Assembly: GCF_018350175.1 (NCBI RefSeq)
Contig: NC_058368.1
Location: 118,546,001 to 118,610,000 of the forward strand
Length of the DNA: 64,000 bases
From: Felis catus
Lineage: Eukaryota
Reading direction: 5' to 3'
The notes beneath the pieces are model-generated. The model was not told the DNA's origin and did not search any database. It saw nothing but the letters and a program-made list of their open reading frames with translations. Position 1 is the stretch's first letter; every line of letters starts with the position of its first letter. The translations under genes were made by a program, and so were the position numbers. Below are positions 12,555-24,658 of this stretch, in pieces.

Positions 12555-13519
12555 TCTGAGGTATTTATTATTCTCTCTACACTATGACCCAGTGTTGACC
12601 CAGCAAGCCATTGGAACTAATAGGGTAGCTGTGATTAGTGGTGTCTGTCTGGAAGTGTTTCTGTTACCTCCTTATTTTAGAAGTATTAGTCCCCTTTCAC
12701 ATCCCAAGGATTCTTGAGTGAAATTAGATATTTCTCTGCTTTGAACCACTACTTGAATCTCTTTTGACAGCCAGGAGGTTAGAAGGTTGGCAGATGCTGG
12801 AATTATGTAGAATTAGATTAGGAAGATAAGAAACAGGTGGTGTAGCATGAAAGATTGTGTATGAATCCATGTATTAGTTGACAGTATGAAGTTGACACCT
12901 CTGTAGGTCAGAAATGGCTAGATACCAGCTTTTTTCATGTGGCCCAAACTCCTAGCTGTGGAGCAGAAAGAGGCCCATACCTAGTCTAGTATCATACCTG
13001 TACTTACCTCAGAGGGAACACTGCCTGAAAACGGTTAGTGGTTGATCTTGGGTAGACAATCCAAGTCTCGTAGCTTCCAGCCCTGTGCTATTTTTTTTTT
13101 ACTGCAACACACACTGCTGAATTATTAGGAAGCTGTAGTTGAATAGTACCTACCCTCCCTTCTAAGTGGAGCTATTTTGTGTGGTTCCTGCAGTGGTTGA
13201 AGGGAAAAGAGGAAGAGATTAAGGAAAAACCACTCCTCTAGTGAGAGGACAAGATAGTGTGGCTTCCTTCTCACTTCATTTTAAAGAAATCTTCTATTTT
13301 AGTCCTGTGGAACCTGAACAGTGTGTGCCCTTCTCTCACCTTTTTCTACTGTGCCCAGACTCTAGCCCCCAAGTTCTTCAAGCACTCCTAGAATAAATCG
13401 TTAGTTTGCCCTGTATCTTAACACTCTGCACCTAATATCTGAAAGAGCTGTTGAGAGTATTTGAAGGAAAAAGCAAGGTTAATTAATGGTAAGATTCCAC
13501 GACCAGAAGCAGAATGTTA

Positions 13520-13750
13520 CCGTGGTTAAGAATATAGGCTCAGCCAGCCTGAGTTTAAATCCCCACTCATCACTAATAGGTCTCTAACCTTGTAAAATGA
13601 CCTAGTTCCTGCGGACCTGTTTCTTGGCTAGCAAAGTGGGGATAATAATGATACCTTCGTATAAAGTTGTTTTGTAAGGATCAATATATATGTAAAATGA
13701 TTAGCACAAGTCCTGAACACAGCACATGCTCATTAGAAGTTCTTACTATT
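13520..13750 (+). mobile_element. MIR SINE
   Basis: gtggttaagaatataggctc...aaagtggggataataatgatacct...tgtaaaatgattagcaca. Confidence 0.7.
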
Positions 13751-14890
13751 GTCCTTTTGGAGAGGAGAACAGATAATAGGATAACTACATTCTCTTTCTA
13801 GCTTCCATTTCTAAATTACTTGGGTCATTTGAACACAGAGTTTATTTAAAGCCACCTTGCCTGGGCTCACCAGAGGGCAGGCAGGGACTGCTTTCACTAG
13901 GATGGAAAAAATGATTTCATGGAGCAGTCAGGCTGAACTTGAAGTCTGCAAGTAGAGGATTATAAAGTAATCTGTAGCCTCCTTTGCTGTAATGCATCCC
14001 AGGGCTGGCAGTTCATCAGCACAGCTGTATGCTAAGCTCACCTTGCAATTTCACTGGAAGTGCTTAGATTTTTCCTTTCCATGGTAAAATAAGTGGCTAA
14101 AGGAGTCTGAAGGGTTAAGAAGGTGTGGGGTGAAATTGCTAAGCTCTTGTGTAATGATGCAGTTCTCACAACTTTGAGTGGTACGTTGGTTTGGAAGACA
14201 GTTCTGCCCATTTTGTGAGAGCTTTCTTAGTAACAGTGTGAGGTGAAGAGGCTGAGGGGGAGGTCTTTGCTTTGCTGTCCATTTCTTCCACTTGTCCCCA
14301 AGCTGCTGGGAAATTGGTTTAGACCTCTATTATTTTATTTGTGTTTCTTTTTCTCTTACTGGATCAAGAATCTGGTTGCAAGCTTCATCTTTGAGGCCTG
14401 TGAGTGTTTTTATATAGGTAGAATTCATAGTGGTGCATGCTATAGCATACCAATATGTGCAAGTCTTAAAAGGAATTTATTACTATTCACTTGGTCCTTG
14501 TTCCCTTTGGTTAGATGTTCTTCAGAAGAACAATTTCTCTTAAAAAAAAAGACTGTTGAATTGAGCAACAGGAGATACAAGGCGGGAGGAAAGAGAAAAG
14601 TGAAATTATTTAATACTGGAGAGTTGATGAAACTTGCCCAAGAAATGGAATAACATGCTGATGGCACTTATTCTGTTCTTAGACATTCTTCTGTCAGCAT
14701 TTAGCAAACATTTATAGATTGTCCACCAGTTAATTTGATGGACACTGACGATCCAAGATCAGGACAGGCCACGTTAATAGAATTGGTTTGCTATTGTTTC
14801 CCCATTGCTTCACACAGTGGCTGTCACAAAGTAAGCACTTGGCAAATACTTATTGAACAACTAGACTCAAAATTAAAGGTTTGAGGATAC

Positions 14891-14951
14891 ATTTTATTTT
14901 ATTTTATTTTATTTTATTTTATTTTATTTTATTTTATTTTATTTTATTTTT
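14891..14951. repeat. (ATTTT)12 pentanucleotide repeat
   Basis: Direct reading. Confidence 0.98.
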
Positions 14952-15109
14952 GGGGGAGGATTTGGTTGCTTTCATTACTTGAGGTCATGTGTATAGAGTA
15001 ATTGAATTCCTTGATTTTATAGTCCATTTTGATATATACCTATCTACTTTACTGGAATTTAGCTGCGTGATAATTAATCTTTCTTGTGCCCTGCATTTGT
15101 TTGACAATC

Positions 15110-15500
15110 AGGTAAAGCCTTTAGACCGTTTCTGAGAATAATGTATACAATAAAATATGGGGTTTAAGAAGGGAAAAATGACATAGAAATAGTTACCAAA
15201 GTATGAAAACCACTTGTAATATTAAATATATACTTCCTTATTACCACATTAAATAATAAAAGGAAGGGCAGGTTTGATAAATTGTATAAAGGATCATTCA
15301 GATTGTCTGCAATAGCAGTAGTGTTATATGGAAATAGCTGTGATTTTTATTGGTGTCAAAGTCATAACTACTGTGGTTTGTTGCCAGTGTTCATATAGAA
15401 GGAAGTGCTAAATTTCAGTTAAAGGCTAATGTAAACAAAGATTTACTTTTTTCCTCCACCATGCAAGTTCGTGGACCCCTGTGTTCTGTCGATGGACTCC
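15110..15500. mobile_element. hAT-Charlie DNA transposon remnant (Charlie4-like)
   Basis: gaaggaagtgctaaatttcagttaaaggctaatgtaaacaaagat...aagttcgtggacccct resembles the recalled consensus. Confidence 0.5.
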
Positions 15501-15787
15501 ATTTCTTTGCATAGTTGTTTGGAGATAGTTGTTTCCTGACTTCTAAGCCCGTGTCTCACCTTGTGATAGTAAATTGATCAGTTTGATTATTTGATTCCTA
15601 TCTGTCCTTGTGCTAGATTATCATTTTCAAGAGGGCAGGAGCATTGTCAGGGTTTGTTTGTCTGTTTGTTTGTTTGTTTTTATGTCTGTGCATAGGATCT
15701 GGCTCAGAGTAGATGTTAAGTATGTACCTGTCAATCAGATGAATGAACCTAGGAAAATTAAAGTGTTGTTGGTTTTGTGTGAGTTAC

Positions 15788-15976
15788 TTTTTTTTTTTTT
15801 TTTAAACATTTATCTATCTTTGAGAGAGAGGGAGAGACAGAGCGTGAGCACAGGAGGGGCACAGAGAGAGGAAGACACAGAATCTGAAGCAGGCTCCAGG
15901 CTCTGAGCTATCAACACAGAGCCTGACACGAAGCTGGAACTCAAAAAGCAGGAGATCATGATCTGTAGGATGCCCC
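15788..15976 (-). mobile_element. CanSINE with deletion in head
   Basis: Body intact to gatcatgatctg, then jumps to aggatgcccc. Confidence 0.88.
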
Positions 15977-15988
15977 TTATGTGACTTA

Positions 15989-16207
15989 TTTTTTTTTTTA
16001 ATCTTTTTTTAATGTTTATTTTTGAGAGAGAGTGACAGAACATGAGCCGGGGAGGGACAGAGAGAGAGGGAGACACAGAATCCGAAGCAGGCTCCAGGCT
16101 CTGAACTGTCAACACAGAGCTCGACGAGGGGCTCGAATTCACGAACAGTGAGATCATGACCTGAGCTGAAGTCGGATGCTCAATTGACTGAGCCACCCAG
16201 GCGCCCC
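15989..16207 (-). mobile_element. CanSINE
   Basis: Full-length; TSD TGTGACTTA at 15980-15988 and 16209-16217. Confidence 0.95.
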
Positions 16208-16438
16208 CTGTGACTTAATCTTAATCGAGGCTGTTTCCTGGCAATTCCCCACCTACATTTAGGGATCTTCACATATCTTCTCTTTAATATTCTCAGTTTG
16301 TCCCCTTTTTTTAAATCTAAATATAAACTTGGACTCCCTTTCAATTGCCTTCAGCATTTTCTACAAGCCTCAGATCTTAGCCTGTTGACCTCACCTCCAT
16401 ACTCCTACCTTTCTAGGCTTGAGCTCAGCTTATCTTAA

Positions 16439-16630
16439 TTTTTTTAAACAATTTTTTTATGTTTATTTATGTTTGAGAGACAGAGGGGATGGAAGAGAGA
16501 GGGGGACAGAGGATCTGAAGTGGTTTCTCTGTGCCGACAGCAGAGACCCCAATGCGGGGCTCAAAACAAACAGAGATCATGACCCAAGCTGAAGTTGGAC
16601 CCTTAATCGACTGAGCCACCCAGGTGCCCC
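16439..16630 (-). mobile_element. CanSINE, diverged
   Basis: Ends gagccacccaggtgcccc; TSD tcttaatttt. Confidence 0.9.
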
Positions 16631-16809
16631 TCTTAATTTTGATTACATGCCCTCCTTTAATCTTCTGTTAGCATTTTTTACTTTATTATTTTAGTTTAAC
16701 CTTTGGAGAGTAGGATTGATTGTGAAGGGGACTTCTGAATTGTTTGAATTTTTCAGAGTCAACATGTGTTAATTTTGTTTTAAACAAAAATCGTAATGGA
16801 GGGGTTCCT

Positions 16810-17480
16810 TTAACTCAGGTTTATTCTTTCAGATGGTGCTCTGTGTTTCTCATGGGCATTAGTTACACTTGTATCCTCGTACTTGATTGTGGATCCTCAT
16901 CCCTACCAGTAGTGGAAGGCATAGTCCCTGTCTCTAATTAAATGTGTAGCATGTATTCCTCCAGATCTTTCTGTGTATATTCCTATATATGTCCATCTAG
17001 GAATAAATTCTTCTGTTTTGTAGAACTTTCGAAATACTATAGCTTTCTGTAGATTATTAAGCCTTCAGTCTTTGACATTTAGTTGTTCTCAGCTTTTCAT
17101 CACATCATTGTAATGCGCACAATGATAGAATGAAAGTCTTTGTACATATTTCACTGTTGACCTATTTGAGCATTTTTCTAGGATACATATCGGGTGGGAT
17201 GTTGAATGGTATGCACATTTAATATTTTAATAGAAATTAACAAATTACTCTCTCCACAAAAAAATACCAAACTATATGGCTTCCAGTCAGTTATGAAGGT
17301 GCCCATTTTGTCCAAACCTTTGCTAATAAGGCATATCATACGTGTGCGTGTTTGTATACATGTGTCTGAATCTGATGGTGGAAAATTGTATGTTGTTTTC
17401 ATTGGCATTTCTTAAATTACTAATGAGATTATTGAAAATCTTTTTTCATGTTCCCCAGGCATTCATATTTCACCTTTTTA
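16810..17480 (-). mobile_element. Ancient L1 fragment (L1ME-like)
   Basis: gaatggtatgcacatttaatattt...ttgttttcattggcatttcttaaattactaatgag motifs. Confidence 0.6.
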
Positions 17481-17834
17481 TGCAGCAAGGTAAATGAGGT
17501 ACATAGAACAGTGTATGGCATGTGATTCATGCTATAATCCCCATCATTTTTTCACTTCTGCTTTCTAAAGCCCAATGTAGAAACCTGACTTTTTTTTTCT
17601 AGTTTTTTTTTTCTAGTTTTTTTTTTTTTTAAATGACTTTTTCACTGCATCCTTTATGGCATCTCTTACTTTCTAGTAAGCCACATCTGCTGCTGAGTTT
17701 AGGAGACTGAACACCAAAGAGTGCTTGCTCCTTATGTCTCACCTGGGCTGCTGTCCTCCCAGTTCATCAGGCCCCATGAACTGAGTGGAAACCAGAAGAT
17801 ACTCTGTACTGGTACACTCTTGCTTTGTTGTGCG

Positions 17835-17985
17835 ATAGGGAGAGAGGAAGAAACAGACAATCTTAAGCAGGCTTCCCGCTCCATGAAGAGCCCGTTGTGC
17901 AGCTCAATCCTATGACCCCAGGGCACGACCTGAGCCAAAATTGGGAGTGTGATGCTCAACTGACTGAGCCACCCAGGTGCCCCCC
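17835..17985 (-). mobile_element. CanSINE, partial/old
   Basis: gacctgagccaaaattgggagtgtgatgctcaactgactgagccacccaggtgcccc. Confidence 0.85.
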
Positions 17986-18254
17986 AGTGTGGTTAATTAT
18001 ACACAATTTTATATTTTTTGGAAATAGGTATTTATATTTTTGTGGCCGAGATTAACTACTGCCCTGTCCCTGAAGAGGCTGGCATAGGGAAGTCTGTAAC
18101 TCTCAAGGTTTCTGTCACTGCTTAGTTGGTCATTTGAGTCAGGATTAAGGCCGAAGTAAGAGTTACCTGTTTTGTTTCTCCCATCTGGAAGATAACATTT
18201 TTGCAAGTCAAGAATTTATCGGAGGCGTGTGTGTGTGTGTATGTATTAATTCAT

Positions 18255-18570
18255 TTTTTTAACTTTTCATTTTAAAATCACTTCAGACTTACAAAAAATG
18301 TCACAAAAATAGTACAAAGAGTTCCACAATACCCTCTATCCAGATACTCCAAATATTAACATCTTACATAACCATAGTTTACTGGACAAACCAGGAAATT
18401 AACTTTGATACAATATTTTGATATAATCTATTTTATAGGTCTCCTATTTCACCAGGTGTTCTGGTAATTAATAAATTAATAAACCAGTATGTATTTATAG
18501 TTATCTATCTATCTGGGATTTCATCCCGATCACACAGTGCATTTAGTTGTCACATCTCCTTAGTTTCATT
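18255..18570 (-). mobile_element. Ancient L1 3' end (L1MC-like)
   Basis: ttcagacttacaaaaaatgtcacaaaaatagtacaaagagttcc...tgcatttagttgtcacatctccttag. Confidence 0.7.
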
Positions 18571-19726
18571 CCCTGCATCACTTCAGCAGTTTGACTTTTT
18601 AAAGGCACCTTACCATCAGCAGATGTCATGATAGTTGAAATAGCCCATCAGCACAGCGTCCTGTCTCTGTTCCCATCTTGGGGTGCATTTGGGGCTGTTA
18701 CCAATTTTGTCCCTCCATCTAGGTAATAATTCATACTTTTCCACAGTCAGGCCACTTCATGTTTCTATCTGCTTCTGAAGGCACTCTGATAGGCATTCAG
18801 CCTCCTGTTTGTAGGTTTTCTTAAAATATGTCTGTTTCTTTTGAACTTTGTCTTTTGTCCTAACTACTCAGTTCATCATATATTCTTCCTCCTGCAATCT
18901 GTGTTTATTATCTGTGATGCAGTTGTTGGCTTATAGACATTTGAGGCTGTGATATCTTAATAGACATTCCATAGTGTGACCTCCCACCTTGACCAAGCAG
19001 CGGCAATTACTGTTGGCCTTCTCTCAGATGCTATGGCCGTGATTCTTGGGAGTGGAGATTATGGTTGGATTAGCTTCAATTTGCTTTCCTCCCGCGGGAA
19101 AGGCAGTCAATAAGAGAAAGATCTTTTTAGAGTGACTTTGTTCAATTTGAAGAATGATTGAACTGGCTCTTAGGTCCATTTTTGCAGCTTTCTCTTACAT
19201 CATAAAAGCCTGAAAGTGGTCATATTTGTTAGTGATCAAATCAAGGATGGCATTTAAAAAAATATTGACAGAAGGATCTGGAGGCATTTTGAATATTAGG
19301 AAGTCTGTGAATTAGGTTGCTTGCTTTGTGGTGAGGTGTGGGACAAGATAAGCATTTTTAAAAAAAATACCTTTGGGTTTGCTGCATCGGGCTCCAGTGT
19401 GGTCAAGTCAGGAGGACTCAGGATATCAGTGTGAGCTGTGTTCTTGTTAGGTGTGTTTCCAAAACTCCTGCCCCGTGACCCTACAAGAAAACACCAGAGC
19501 AAGTATAAACACATCCTAAAAGCAAAGCCATTTTCGAGTATGGTTTTAAAAATCTCCCTTTCTGGTCATCAGAAAAATAGTGCAGACGTGTGGTCTAGTG
19601 GTTACAGCCAAATGCTAAGCAGAAGTAGCATGGCCCTGGCTGGCTCCCCACCCAGATGCCATTGCTCTTTCATGCTGTGAGGTCTTGACCCATTGCCCAG
19701 AAAAGCAAGCCCTCTCCCCAATCTTC

Positions 19727-19881
19727 ACTTCTTTTTTTCTTTCCTTTCCCTTTTCTTTCTTTCTTTTTCTTTCTTTCTTTCGTTCTTTCGTTCTTTCATT
19801 CTTTCGTTCTTTCGTTCTTTCGTTCTCTTTCTTTCTTTCTTTCTTTCTTTTTCTTTCTTTCTCTGTCTTTCTCTTTCTCTT

Positions 19882-19924
<43 letters not shown>

Positions 19925-19986
19925 CTCTTTCTTTCTTTTTCCCTCCCTCCCTTCCTTCCTTCCTTCCTTCCTTCCTTCCTTCCTTC

Positions 19987-20041
<55 letters not shown>

Positions 20042-20043
20042 TC
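19727..20043. repeat. Compound polypyrimidine microsatellite (TTTC)n/(TTCG)/(CT)n/(CCTT)n
   Basis: About 315 bp almost entirely C/T on + strand. Confidence 0.98.
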
Positions 20044-20119
20044 AGCAAAAAACAGTAGAGGGTGAAGGGAACCAGAAAATGAGTTAAGATTCCTCAGGTT
20101 AGAACTATGGGCCCTCTTC

Positions 20120-20323
20120 TTTAAATTTTAAGTTAGTTTATTTTGAGAGAGACTGCGTACAAGTAGGGGAGGGACAGAGAGAGAGGGAGAGAATTGCAAA
20201 CAGGCTCTGTGCTGTCAGCGCAGAGCCCAGTGTGGAGCTTGATGTCACGAACCTTGAGTTCGTGACCTGAGTCAAGATCAAGAGTTGGATGCCCAACTGA
20301 CTGAGCCCCAGCTCAGGTGCCCC
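20120..20323 (-). mobile_element. CanSINE, diverged
   Basis: Antisense body; flanking gccctctt on both sides. Confidence 0.88.
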
Positions 20324-21667
20324 AATATATGCCCTCTTATCATTAATCATTGGTAATTAGTTTTGTTGATTCCCTACATCTAAAAAGAGCTTTATTTCAT
20401 CCTGACTAATGGATATGGATTTTTTGTTTTTGTTTTACTTTTAGGGGAAGAGGTACCTAGTGTTGAAGTAAATTGGAACATCTTTTACTGTCTCTGTTGG
20501 AACTACTTTACAGAAATGAATGCTGTATTTATCTTGTTAGTGTTGGCTAGGCCAGACTTCTGGGTGGATAATAATACCTTGCTTTGGCACTTTCCCCTAG
20601 TTCTTACCTCTGTGTGTTGTCATCCCAGGGTGATGTTGACTTAGTAAGAGCAGGTCTTGATATTGTCCTGTCTGCCTTGATGCCTGGCAGAGTGCTGTGA
20701 AACACAACAAGCACTCATTACTTGTTGAATTAACTTGGAGGCAATGTATTGAGGGGGGTTCTGCTAGGTAATGGACAGTCAGATTTTTCTGCTGGATATC
20801 TTGGGTTCTGATCATTATTGGGCTATTCTGAATAGAAATCTCTGAGGACAAGGATCTTGAATTTGTTGTTCTTCCCTACATCCCCAGGACCTAGAATAGC
20901 CCTAGGCCAGTATCATTTGGCATATTGGTTGAGACTCCATATTTAGTAAATACCTTTTTGTATGAATAAATGGAAAAAAAAGAGTACCCAGGGGTGTGTC
21001 ATTTTGGAGCAACAGGCTTTTGAACTTCCCACACTTATATCTATGCTGCTCAGGATTCCTCTCTGTTTCTTAATAGTTGTTATTATGGCAGAAACCAGTG
21101 TGCCACAACAGAGAATGTCTCAGATTAGTAGGGTTTTTGCAGACCAAGGATTTGGAATTGATAGACGTTAGTAATCTTTCAACTGTTGTATACTGTCTGT
21201 AGTACCAACAATAAAGTTAGGATGTATGTATATATAATAATATACATATAACATATAATAATGTATATACATGTACTTAGGTGTGTATATTACATGTGCT
21301 CACATATATTTTAACTTGTTGTCTGCTGGTTTCCTTGAATTTATGATAAATACATAAAGGTGTTCAGAGCTGTATTTCCTGTGGGTCAGGTCACCATGCT
21401 GTGAAAGAAACTGTGGCCACCAGCATCATGTGGCCATGCTGAAGAAACTCAAGAGTTGATAGGTCAGAGCTGGTCTTAATTGGCCTTCCATTTCCTGAAA
21501 TGATTCCTTTAATTTAGGCCATTATTTAGAATTCTAAAAAAAGAATACGTTAAGAAAAAGTATGTGTGTATACATGCATACACACACAGACACAGATTTC
21601 TGCGATGATGAGGTACAACAAAGGAATTGGCAGTAGGCATTCATTACATTTTTCAAATGGGTTTCAC

Positions 21668-21850
21668 TGTGTGTGTGTGTGTGTGTGTGTACACTCCAGT
21701 TGTAGTGAAAGGGTAAAGGCATGGGCTTTGGAGTCCCCCAGCCTGAATTTGAATCCTGACTCTGATGTGGAACCTTGAGCAGTTAATTTAACTTCACTGA
21801 GCCTCAGTTTACCCATGTGTAAAATGGAGACAGTAATAATCTTCATGAGA
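21668..21850 (+). mobile_element. (TG)n followed by MIR
   Basis: tgtagtgaaagg...atttgaatcctgactctg...actgagcctcagtttacccatgtgtaaaatggaga MIR core. Confidence 0.8.
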
Positions 21851-23531
21851 CTCCGCGGGATACCACATTCTTAGACAGCAGTTCTATAATGATTAGCTGT
21901 CCAATTGACAGTTGTAGAGAGTTTTAGATTTATATATGGCTGGATATATATTACATCATTGTCTAGGGAGTTGCAAGATTTATTCTGACTCTATGCTAAC
22001 TGCTTTTTGGGCTAGTTATAGTCAGTGGAACCATAATGATTCAGAAAACCCCCAGTATGCTCTATTTCATTATTTTTTGGGGCACAGATTAGAAGAGGAT
22101 ATAAAGGAAGAAAGCAAAAATATGAATACTTAAAAAAATAACATAGGGCTAAAACTTGGAGGAAAATGTGATTCTGAAATTTTCAGGCCAGTTTTGCTAA
22201 CTCTGTGTCAATATGGTAACAATACATTAAGCAAGCATAGTAATGTCCTACTGAGGTTTGTAGTTTAACTTTCAGAGAGAGTTGAAGTAGCTTTGCTGAT
22301 GGAATTGTGGAGGCTACTTGGGGTGTCCTCCTGTCCAGTCTTTGTTGCAGAGGGTTCAGAGGCCAAGTGATTAGTATGTTCCTTCCTATGAACAGGTGCT
22401 GGACCAGAGCTGGATCCCTGTCACTGGTTCCATGAAGCCTTCATTTTGCCACTATCGTCTCTTGAGTGCTAAAATCTAGTAATGAGTATTGCGCTTCTGC
22501 TGTTCTGTGGTTATGACTGGAATTCATTTGTGGAGGTTAAGATCAATTTTACCTGGGATGTGAGCTATTTCTTGGATTGGTGTGTCAGTCAGCATTCTTA
22601 GTGGGGTCAAGACTGTTGAGTAAATTGCTCTAAACTCCAGCTGCCATGTGGTTGATTTGTCTGTGAAGTCATCACAATCAAAGGAAGATGGGTACAAGCA
22701 GAAGAGCTAGAGACGCAGAGAGCAAGTTTGAGGGCAAGGAGGGAGGGAAGTAGCTGGAACTTGAATAAGTTAAAGTGCTTTGGTTAACAAGGACTTCTCA
22801 CTCTGGGATCCCAGGGTGGACTTGGGGAGGGGTGTAGTGGTAATGTCTGTGAGCCCTCTGCTGTGGCGTGTAAGGTGTTTGGATATGGGTACGCTAAGGA
22901 GAAAAGCCTGTAGCGTTTCTTGGTTTGTCAAAGGGCACTGTGGTATACTGCCACCTGGTTGTTTCATCAGAATAAATATTTGGGAGTAGTGCAGTAATGA
23001 AGTAATAAGTCGTGAAGTGAAGTAATGACATACTCTTTCTTCTGAGCTCACTTGTGAGTTGAAGAGGACTTGGAAGCGTTCTTTGCCAAGTGCATTTGCC
23101 TGCCGGCTGCCTGCATTTTGAGCTTGCTCAGAGATAATATGCAATCTCATTTCTTTCACAGATGAGTTACACAGAGGACAAGCTTTGAAGAGTGAGTGAG
23201 TGTATATATGAGAGAGAGAGAGAGAAGTGAAGCGAGGGACTGAGGAGTGACATGCACAGGGAGAGAGGACACACATGGGCATTTGGAGGTTGTGGTCAGC
23301 CTCACCATTGGGTTTCCATGTTGGATTGATACTGGTGAGATTTTATCCCATTTAGACTACTGCTTAGCTTTCCTTGTTTTGACTCCCATAATTAACAATT
23401 AAACTGAGACTAGTGGTGTGATTTTTTTTTTTTTAAACACTTTTTTGGGATAGCTTTAAAAATTTTGCTTGCAAGTAAAGTAGAATCATCATTGCTTTTT
23501 TCTTTTTCCTGGACAGCTCCATTCCTTTAAG

Positions 23532-23766
23532 TTTCTTTTTTTTAATTTTTTCTTTTTTTTTTTGAACGTTTATTTATTTTTGGGACAGAGAGAGACAGAG
23601 CATGAATGGGGGAGGGGCAGAGAGAGAGGGAGACACAGAATCGGAAACAGGCTCCAGGCTCTGAGCCATCAGCCCAGAGCCTGACGCGAGGCTCGAACTC
23701 ACGGACCTTGAGATCGTGACCTGGCTGAAGTCGGACGCTTAACCGACTGCGCCACCCAGGCGCCCC
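23532..23766 (-). mobile_element. Young SINEC_Fc
   Basis: Diagnostic gggacagagagagacagagcatgaa...cggaaacaggctcc...gactgcgccacccaggcgcccc; CpGs retained. Confidence 0.96.
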
Positions 23767-24240
23767 ATGTAGTTTAAGTAATTTTTAAGCTGTTTCCAAT
23801 ATATTGATAAATGAGTCTTCGGTAATAAGCATGCCATCTCTGGTCCTCTGTGTGGTTCCACACAAGGGTCCCAGCCCTTGTGTGCATCACTTGTAGTAGC
23901 AGAGGGAGGACCAGATTGGAGTTTGGCTGGCATCTCATCTAATCAGCCAACTGTGGACTTTGGGCAGGTTAGCCAGCTTTCAGGGCTTAATTGCCTATCT
24001 GAAAATGACAGGAGCTTGTCAAAGTGGTAGATGTGTCAGTCTTGAAGATCTTACCAGTTTTAAGGTGATGTGAATCCAAATCTTCTAAACAACCACTCAA
24101 GGTCTGAACAATTAGAGTAGCTGAGGGTACTGACTCAGGGAGTCCCCACAGTGCTCTGGCTGTTGATTCACGAAGTTATCGAACATCAGCAGGTGGAGGT
24201 GAACACAACATCAGGAATACCTGAGTTGGTATGGCAGATG

Positions 24241-24658
24241 GGTTAGTTTCCTAGGGCTGCTCAAACAAATTACCACAGACTTGGTGGCTTATGGAAATAC
24301 ACACTTATTGTCTCACAATTCTGAAGGCCAAAAATCCTAAGTCAAGGTGCCACCAGGGACACACTGCCTCCCAATTCTCCAGGGGAGGGTCCTTTTTTGC
24401 CTCTTTGAGGCCTCTGGTGGCTCCAGGCATTCCTTGGCTTGTGGCTGCATCATTCCACTTTTTCTGCCTCTGTTTTCATGTGGCCTTTCTTTTCTTCTCC
24501 ACGTCTTCTTTTCTGTCTCTTGTAGGGGCACTTGTAATTGGATTTAGGGACAACCTGATAACCCAAGGCGATCTTTCTTAATTACATCTGCAAAGAACAT
24601 CTTTTCTGAATAAGGTCAAATTTAAAGGTTAGGCCATGGGCCGCCATCCAGTTCACCA
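24241..24658 (-). mobile_element. MaLR solo LTR (MLT1C-like)
   Basis: ttagtttcctagggctgc...aaattaccacagacttggtggctta...ctctggtggctccaggcattccttggcttgtggctgcatc...taattacatctgcaaaga. Confidence 0.88.

Noticed and set aside
19685..20065. Long F/S/L-rich and K/E/R-rich ORFs
   Set aside because: Translations of the microsatellite
22770..23282. 170-aa minus-strand ORF, and similar 110-150 aa ORFs at 2761, 9869, 14243, 43841 and 47712
   Set aside because: No recognisable homology, mostly non-ATG starts, and lengths compatible with chance in six frames of 64 kb
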